Shown piece by piece: positions 58,057 to 64,000 of a stretch of 64,000 bases of DNA. Origin of the DNA: Pseudomonadales bacterium. Lineage in GTDB: Bacteria > Pseudomonadota > Gammaproteobacteria > Pseudomonadales > JAHRWD01. Each line of letters starts with the position of its first letter. The stretch's first letter is position 1. Location of the stretch: NCBI GenBank assembly GCA_016763075.1, contig JAESUM010000030.1, forward strand, positions 4,994-68,993, read 5' to 3'. Position numbers and translations under genes: made by a program. Under the pieces are notes generated by a model. It made no database searches and was not told the DNA's origin. It worked only from the letters and a program-made list of their open reading frames with translations.

Positions 58057-60316
58057 CAATCGTACGGTTGCAGTTGTTGGCAATCCCAATTGTGGCAAAA
58101 CAACCCTCTTTAACGCCCTCACCGGCGCACGTCAAAAAACCGGCAACTGGCCCGGTGTCACGGTAGACCGCAAAGAAGGCAGTTTTCAATACAACCGCAC
58201 CAGCTACAACCTTATCGATTTGCCCGGTTGTTATGCATTAACCAATGACCGTGATGCTATCGACGAGCAAATTGCTGCTCAGTACATTTTGCAAGGTGAG
58301 GCTGATCTCATCATTAATATCGTTGATGCGAGCAACCTTGAACGAGGTTTGTTTTTAACGCTGCAACTGATTGAAATGGATGCACCACTGATTGTAGTGG
58401 TAAACATGGTAGATGCCGCAGAGCGTGCAGGCTATCAAGTTGATATCGAGCAACTCGAACAACAGCTGGGCTGCCCAGTAGTAACCACCATTGCACACCG
58501 CAGTAAAGGCGTAAAAAACCTGCTTAAACAGGTCGATGATTTTTGTGAAAAACCGACTGTAACCCGCTCCAAACTTCGTTATTCAGATGACATTGAAGCC
58601 GCTGTATCTTCATTCGCCGCTCAAGCTACAGCAGAACAAGAAAACCTAAACCGTTGGCAACTGCTTGAAAAGTGGTGCCTAAGAGATTCAGGCCCAGCGG
58701 CGCAAAATACGCTAGATGAAGCCCGCGCAGAAGTAGATGGCTTTCGGTATCAGTTCGCTCAAAATATCGCTAGCTCCGTGGTTGCTCATTCTGAAGACGC
58801 CAGCAGTGGAGTATCTGACTTTATCGATACAGTCGTGCTGAATCGTTACCTTGGCATGCCAATATTTTTGGCCGTGATCTACCTGATGTTTTTGTTTTCG
58901 ATCAACGTCAGCAGTGCCTTTATTGACCTGTTCGACCAGCTCAGCGGCGCAATTTTCGTCGATGGAGTTGGCCATCTAATGACCCTAGCCGGCAGCCCCG
59001 ATTGGCTGCGTGTACTCATTGCCGACGGTATTGGCGGCGGAGTACAAGTGGTCGCCACGTTTATTCCGGTTATTGGTGGGCTCTACCTATTTTTAGCTTT
59101 TTTGGAAGACTCGGGTTATATGGCCCGCGCTGCTTTCGTGATGGACCGCTTCTTAGGCAAAATAGGTCTTTCCGGTCGCGCATTTGTCCCGCTGATTATT
59201 GGCTTTGGTTGTAACGTACCTGCGGTCATGGCAACCCGAGCGTTAGGGTCTGAGCGGGAAAGAATCATGACTTCAATGATGGCACCCTTTATGTCCTGCG
59301 GCGCACGGCTGTCGGTATATGCGTTATTTGCAGCGGCATTCTTTCCAACGGGCGGCCAAAACATGGTCTTCTTGCTGTACATTGTTGGAATCGGGTTCGC
59401 GATTTTAACGGGTTTGGTACTACAAAAAACCGTACTCAAAGGCGTATCTGATTCGCTGATGATCGAGCTGCCGGCCTACCATATGCCAACCCTAAAAAAC
59501 GTATTGCTGCATACTTGGGATAAATTAAAAGGTTTTGTATTGCGTGCCGGTAAAGTGATTTTGGTGATGGTTTTTATCATCAATGTTGCAAACTCAATAG
59601 GAACCGACGGATCCTTTGGGCATGAAAATACCAGTAATTCTGTACTAAGCGCAGCCAGCCGCTTTGTTACTCCGCTGTTAAAACCACTAGGGATTGAAGA
59701 AGACAATTGGCCTGCAACGGTGGGTATTTTTGCCGGAGTATTGGCAAAAGAGGTTGTTGTTGGAACACTAGATGCTATTTATTCAGCCATCGATATGGAA
59801 GAAGGGCTGGTTGCGGAAGAGCCGCCATTTGATTTGTTCAGTGCAATTGCTGAAGCCTTTCAAACGGTGCCAGACAACTTGGTAGATGTCATGGGGAACC
59901 TGTCGGACCCGCTGGGTTTGCGGGTCCTCGATAGCGCTGGTGATAGCGAATCTGCCGCGCAAGAACAAGAGGTAACCACCACTACCTTTGGCGCAATGGC
60001 CAAGCGTTTTGACGGAAAAATAGGGGCCTTTGCTTACCTGTTGTTTGTACTGTTGTACTTTCCCTGTGCGTCAACGGTGGCGGTATTGGTGCGCGAAACC
60101 AACTACAACTGGGCGCTGTTTTCATGTGCTTGGAGCACCGCCTTAGCATTTTCTACTTCTACTATTTTTTATCAAAGCGCTACCTTTGCGCGCCACCCTC
60201 AAAGCTCCGGGTTTTGGGTGCTGTTTTCAATTGCACTGATTGCCGTATTCGTATTTTCAATGCATCTGCGCGGCAAACGCCATGGCCAAAAATTCGTGCC
60301 TCTTAGGCAAGTTTAA
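58049..60316 (+). CDS. feoB: Ferrous iron transporter FeoB
   Basis: N-terminal G-domain (VAVVGNPNCGKTTLFNALTG, DLPG, NMVD) followed by the polytopic permease. 755 aa. Confidence 0.95.
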   Translation: MPNNRTVAVVGNPNCGKTTLFNALTGARQKTGNWPGVTVDRKEGSFQYNRTSYNLIDLPGCYALTNDRDAIDEQIAAQYILQGEADLIINIVDASNLERGLFLTLQLIEMDAPLIVVVNMVDAAERAGYQVDIEQLEQQLGCPVVTTIAHRSKGVKNLLKQVDDFCEKPTVTRSKLRYSDDIEAAVSSFAAQATAEQENLNRWQLLEKWCLRDSGPAAQNTLDEARAEVDGFRYQFAQNIASSVVAHSEDASSGVSDFIDTVVLNRYLGMPIFLAVIYLMFLFSINVSSAFIDLFDQLSGAIFVDGVGHLMTLAGSPDWLRVLIADGIGGGVQVVATFIPVIGGLYLFLAFLEDSGYMARAAFVMDRFLGKIGLSGRAFVPLIIGFGCNVPAVMATRALGSERERIMTSMMAPFMSCGARLSVYALFAAAFFPTGGQNMVFLLYIVGIGFAILTGLVLQKTVLKGVSDSLMIELPAYHMPTLKNVLLHTWDKLKGFVLRAGKVILVMVFIINVANSIGTDGSFGHENTSNSVLSAASRFVTPLLKPLGIEEDNWPATVGIFAGVLAKEVVVGTLDAIYSAIDMEEGLVAEEPPFDLFSAIAEAFQTVPDNLVDVMGNLSDPLGLRVLDSAGDSESAAQEQEVTTTTFGAMAKRFDGKIGAFAYLLFVLLYFPCASTVAVLVRETNYNWALFSCAWSTALAFSTSTIFYQSATFARHPQSSGFWVLFSIALIAVFVFSMHLRGKRHGQKFVPLRQV

Positions 60317-60426
60317 TCGGCAAGTTTAAGTTTTTCGAAAACAGGCTAAATCAACTCTAAAGTATCGGCAGGCCTCGCCGATACATCGGTTAACTCTTCA
60401 CTCTAATCCTTTTTAGGATCTCGGTT

Positions 60427-61596
60427 ATGAACCTTAGCCATGTTCTGTCCCCGCTTCGGGATACCAACACCCACTCTTCGAACAATCGTTTGTTCAATCC
60501 GAGTAATATTCAAATAAAGACCCATCGTGATGGGTTCTCTGGTGTTAACCTGCAGCAATTGCTCAGCGACCGTTTAAGCAACTCGATTGCTGATCGATTC
60601 GGCGTACGCCCGGTAGATCAACCTAGTAAGGCAAAACCGGCAGATTTTTCCGCACAAAAAATAGCGGAAAACGTGTTGGGTTTTATTAAAGGTCATATCG
60701 ACCGGCTTAGAGTCAATGGCGCCTCCACCGAAGAACTAGAAACCGCACTTACGCAAGCGCGCAAAGGCGTTGAATTAGGAATAGGGCAGGCAACAGAAGT
60801 ACTCAGCGGCTTAGGCAAGCTCAGCGGCGATATTGAACGCGGCATTGCAGATGTTGGCACGTTACTCACTAACGGCTTGAATAAGTTGGCGGAGCAGATA
60901 TCACCCACTTCGCCCAGCACAATCACAGATATTAAGAGCAACTATCATAGCCTTACCAAGGCTGAATCAAGTTCAAGTTTTGACTTGCAAATCACCACTC
61001 AAGAGGGTGATCAAGTCAGCATTCAGATCAACCGCTCGAGTCGTTATGTAGAAGTCACCAACGCACGTAGTAACGGTGAGTCCAGCTCAGTGCAACAATC
61101 TAGTCAGTTTAAATCAGCGTCAACTTTTAGTTTTGAGGTGCAAGGTAACCTCAATGCGCAAGAAACCGCTGCCATCGAAGATTTGATTAGTAATGTCAAC
61201 ACACTCGCGGATGAATTCTTTAACGGCGATTTAGTTAGCGCCTTCGAACAAGCCGGACAACTGGGCATTGACGACGACGCCATCGCAAGTTTTGCGCTTA
61301 ATCTGCAAAGTGAGCAGCGTATTGAAGTCACCGAATCGGTTTATACACGGGTAAGCGGCCCGGCTGGCCGTGGTGGTAGCTCACCGGTTGACGCTATTGC
61401 AGCCTTTGCAAAAGATTTTGTAGATGCAGCGCGCCCCACCGCAGAAGCCTTGGCTGATCAAGCCGCTTCCGCAAGCAGCCTGTTAACCGAATTTGTTCAG
61501 CAGGATCAGCGCTTTGTAGACTTGTTAGCAGAGCTTCAAGACCAAGCCAATCAAGCATTAGGCCGCCTCACCGGTAGTATCGCAGATAAAATCTAA
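60427..61596 (+). CDS. Hypothetical protein (N-terminal part reminiscent of DUF5610)
   Basis: 389 aa, Ser/Ala/Gln-rich with no TM. The segment FSAQKIAENVLGFIKGHIDRLRVNGASTEELETALTQARKGVELGIGQA resembles DUF5610 from memory only. Confidence 0.45.
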   Translation: MNLSHVLSPLRDTNTHSSNNRLFNPSNIQIKTHRDGFSGVNLQQLLSDRLSNSIADRFGVRPVDQPSKAKPADFSAQKIAENVLGFIKGHIDRLRVNGASTEELETALTQARKGVELGIGQATEVLSGLGKLSGDIERGIADVGTLLTNGLNKLAEQISPTSPSTITDIKSNYHSLTKAESSSSFDLQITTQEGDQVSIQINRSSRYVEVTNARSNGESSSVQQSSQFKSASTFSFEVQGNLNAQETAAIEDLISNVNTLADEFFNGDLVSAFEQAGQLGIDDDAIASFALNLQSEQRIEVTESVYTRVSGPAGRGGSSPVDAIAAFAKDFVDAARPTAEALADQAASASSLLTEFVQQDQRFVDLLAELQDQANQALGRLTGSIADKI

Positions 61597-61701
61597 CGTT
61601 ATATCTGTGTTTTATGGGCAGACCCATGCTGCCCAAACGGTGCGATTTACGGCATCCGTAAACTAAAAAACCCTTTCTTTAAATACCGCCGATCATCAGC
61701 G

Positions 61702-61730
61702 TTAACAGCGCCGCTTGATTGCTATACAAT
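61702..61730 (+). promoter_or_regulatory. Candidate sigma70 promoter for rapA
   Basis: TTAACA-N17-TACAAT, about 140 nt upstream of the rapA ATG. Based on hexamer and spacing match only. Confidence 0.3.
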
Positions 61731-61870
61731 CGCGCCTCAAATTATGCGGCAACGTGCCGTATTGGCAGCTGCGCTGACTGAGTGCTGATCACATAACTAC
61801 GGGTTTTACCGTACACCGGGCTGATCTTTACTCAGATAATTAGCGCAGCTCAAGTAGCGGAGAGCAGTAC

Positions 61871-64000
61871 ATGTTTGCAGTGGGTCAGCGTTGGATAAGC
61901 GATACAGAACTTGAACTTGGGCTAGGCATGATCGAAGAGATCGATGGCCGGCAAGTGAGTATTTATTTTCCGGCCACCGACGAAACACGTCGCTACGCAA
62001 CGGCCAATGCCCCACTAACCCGGGTTAAGTTTAAAATTGGCGACCAGATTCAAATACAGTCATCAGATGACGAAGAAGGTGTGACAGAAGTTACAGTCAC
62101 AGACCTACGCGAACAAAACGATGTGGTGTTTTACGACGACGGAACCCATTGGATTCCCGAAACCAGCCTCAGTGGTCTCATTCAGTTAAACCAAGCAGCC
62201 GACCGGCTGTTTTCAGGCCAGCTCGATAAACTCAAAGCCTACGACTTGCGTTTGGCTGCGCTGCAAAAACACAGCGAATTAAACGCCAACCAGCAATATG
62301 GTTTAGCTGGCGCACGCGCGCAGTTGTTGCCGCACCAGCTTTATATTGCTCAACAAGTATCGCAGCGTGAAGCGCCGCGGGTTTTACTGGCTGACGAAGT
62401 GGGGCTCGGCAAAACCATTGAAGCGGGTTTGATTTTGCACCGCTTATTACTACTGGGTCGCATTGAGCGGGTACTGATTTTATTGCCCGACAACCTCATC
62501 CACCAATGGTTGATCGAAATGCTAAGGCGTTTTAACCTGGCTTTTTCGGTGATGGACGAAGAGCGCTGCCTGACGTTTGAAATCGAAAACCCAGAGGGTA
62601 ATCCATTTCAGCAGCAACGCTTGGTATTGGGTTCGTTAGATGCTTTGGCCAACAATGGCGAGCGCGCCGCGCAGCTAGTTGAGGCCACATGGGACTTGGT
62701 CATAGTAGACGAAGCGCACCATCTTCAGTGGTCTCAAAACTCAAATGAGGTGGGTAACAGCTACCGGTTAGTAGAGACTTTAGCTGCGCTAACCCCCGGT
62801 TTACTGTTACTCACCGCAACCCCAGAGCAGCTGGGAATTGAAGGGCATTTTGCTCGCTTGCGTCTGCTTGACCCTGAGCGCTTTCATAACCTCGAAGCGT
62901 TCATCAAAGAAGAGCAAAGTTACCAGCCAGTTGCAGAGGCAGCACGTTCATTGCTGCAACAACAGCCGTTAACGGATACGCAAATAACACAGCTTGATAG
63001 TTGGTTAGACGAACCGGCCTGCGCCGAACCCACTGAGCCGCAGCGTAAGCAATGGCTGCAGCAGCTCATTGACCGCCATGGCACAGGGCGGGTGTTATTT
63101 AGAAATACGCGCTCTGCTATTAAAGGCTTTCCCAGACGCCGTTTTGTTGAGTGGCCATTGGCGTTACCGCAGGCATACCAAAACCTTACTGCGGATAATG
63201 TGGATTCATCTGCGGTTGCTGATTACCCCGCTGGATTGTACCCAGAACGCGTAGTCGCAGATTGGGTCAGCCATGATCCGCGTATCGACTGGCTGATTGA
63301 ACTGCTCAAACAATACAAAGGCGAAAAAGTACTGCTGATCTGCCACCAAGCTGCAACCGTGCTGGAGCTAAGTGAGCAATTACGCCAGCGAGAAGGTTTG
63401 CACTGCTCGGTATTCCACGAAGGTTTAACTATTGTAGAACGCGACCGCTCGGCGGCGTATTTCTCTGATGCTGAATACGGTAGCCAGTTAATGCTGTGTT
63501 CAGAAATTGGCAGCGAAGGCCGTAATTTCCAGTTCTCCCATCATTTAGTGATGTTTGATTTGCCGCTTAACTGCGACTTGGTCGAGCAGCGTATAGGCCG
63601 TCTCGATAGAATCGGCCAGCAGCATGAAATTCAGATTCATGTGCCTTATTTTGAAGGCCACGGCAGCGAAGCGTTAGCGAAAATTTATCACCAAGGTTTG
63701 GATTTGTTCGAGTCTACCCGCGCTTCTGCGCAAGGTTTATTTGAAAAATATATTGATCAAATAAAAACACAAATCAGCGGATTTACAGCGCGAGAGGGTA
63801 ACGTAAACACCGAAGAGTTACAGGAGCTGATTAAACAATTAGTACCTGAACGCCAGGCTCTAGACCAAATCTTAGAGCAGGGCAGAGACTGGTTGCTGGA
63901 ACGGAATTCCTGTGACGAACTGCAGGCCGCACAAATTGTTGAAGCGCTGCAATTGAATGACGAAAAAAACGCACAAAATCTGCAGCCGTTTATCGATAAA
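61871..64000 (+). CDS. rapA: RNA polymerase-associated SNF2 ATPase RapA (HepA), 3' end outside the window
   Basis: MFAVGQRWISDTELELGLG, LLADEVGLGKTIEAG, DLVIVDEAHHL, LLLTATPEQLG and CSEIGSEGRNFQF...DLVEQRIGRLDRIGQ are collinear with E. coli RapA. The frame is open to nt 64000. Confidence 0.95.
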   Translation, partial: MFAVGQRWISDTELELGLGMIEEIDGRQVSIYFPATDETRRYATANAPLTRVKFKIGDQIQIQSSDDEEGVTEVTVTDLREQNDVVFYDDGTHWIPETSLSGLIQLNQAADRLFSGQLDKLKAYDLRLAALQKHSELNANQQYGLAGARAQLLPHQLYIAQQVSQREAPRVLLADEVGLGKTIEAGLILHRLLLLGRIERVLILLPDNLIHQWLIEMLRRFNLAFSVMDEERCLTFEIENPEGNPFQQQRLVLGSLDALANNGERAAQLVEATWDLVIVDEAHHLQWSQNSNEVGNSYRLVETLAALTPGLLLLTATPEQLGIEGHFARLRLLDPERFHNLEAFIKEEQSYQPVAEAARSLLQQQPLTDTQITQLDSWLDEPACAEPTEPQRKQWLQQLIDRHGTGRVLFRNTRSAIKGFPRRRFVEWPLALPQAYQNLTADNVDSSAVADYPAGLYPERVVADWVSHDPRIDWLIELLKQYKGEKVLLICHQAATVLELSEQLRQREGLHCSVFHEGLTIVERDRSAAYFSDAEYGSQLMLCSEIGSEGRNFQFSHHLVMFDLPLNCDLVEQRIGRLDRIGQQHEIQIHVPYFEGHGSEALAKIYHQGLDLFESTRASAQGLFEKYIDQIKTQISGFTAREGNVNTEELQELIKQLVPERQALDQILEQGRDWLLERNSCDELQAAQIVEALQLNDEKNAQNLQPFIDK

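Noticed and set aside
61806-62015. A 69-aa minus-strand ORF overlapping the rapA start.
   Set aside because: It is antisense to the highly conserved RapA N-terminus and is therefore spurious.
1-64000. CRISPR arrays, rRNA genes or IS elements with terminal inverted repeats.
   Set aside because: I saw no regularly spaced 25-40-bp direct repeats, no rRNA-like conserved stretches and no transposase ORFs. The only tandem structures are the DUF1329 gene triplication and a few 7-12-bp micro-repeats (13309-13330, ~57561-57577, ~60306-60331).

Overview
This is a 64-kb window from a gammaproteobacterial chromosome, judged from core genes such as prfC, a FabY-like ketosynthase, msrPQ, feoAB and rapA. 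It has two very different parts.

(1) nt 1 to ~13.4 kb is the right-hand end of a visibly AT-rich integrative element that ends at or inside the 5' end of prfC. Almost all of its genes are on the + strand:
- a SLATT-like 2TM protein overlapping a small SMODS/CD-NTase-like nucleotidyltransferase, followed by a DUF2188-like gene;
- an Abi_2 (AbiD/F-like) gene translationally coupled to a type I restriction R subunit and its YgjP/M48 partner, with no hsdM or hsdS in the window;
- a complete QatABCD system;
- apparent element backbone: a small minus-strand ORF, about 650 nt of hairpin-rich non-coding DNA, ardA (anti-restriction) and another small ORF;
- a repeat-dense 175-nt junction.

(2) nt 13.4-64 kb is core chromosome:
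- prfC and a FabY-like KAS;
- a DUF1302 outer-membrane protein plus three tandem DUF1329 paralogues;
- a PiT phosphate transporter, a CWC protein, an enoyl-CoA hydratase/HIBCH-like enzyme and a decayed MAPEG gene;
- a ~14-kb minus-strand envelope cluster (LolA-like, TonB_C protein with a duplicated cytoplasmic domain, ApbE, a low-complexity secreted protein, three TPR proteins, a small secreted protein, ExbB, 2x ExbD and an AgmX/PglI-type TonB-like protein). It resembles the Agl/Glt 'core' machinery, whose function outside myxobacteria is unknown;
- four soluble signalling proteins directly upstream of that cluster (two hybrid histidine kinases, REC-HD-GYP, REC-PP2C);
- msrPQ, an RND adaptor and pump (pump interrupted by an in-frame TAA), Fur-box-preceded feoAB, a hypothetical protein and rapA (3' end cut by the window).

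I recognised no rRNA, tRNA or CRISPR array.

The best candidates for something uncharacterised are the compact SLATT-SMODS(-DUF2188) module, the M/S-less Abi-HsdR-M48 operon, the structured ardA leader with its flanking small genes, and the Agl/Glt-like cluster.

Limits: all calls come from reading the sequence and the ORF track. No searches, alignments or GC statistics were run. Coordinates of short motifs may be off by 1-2 nt.
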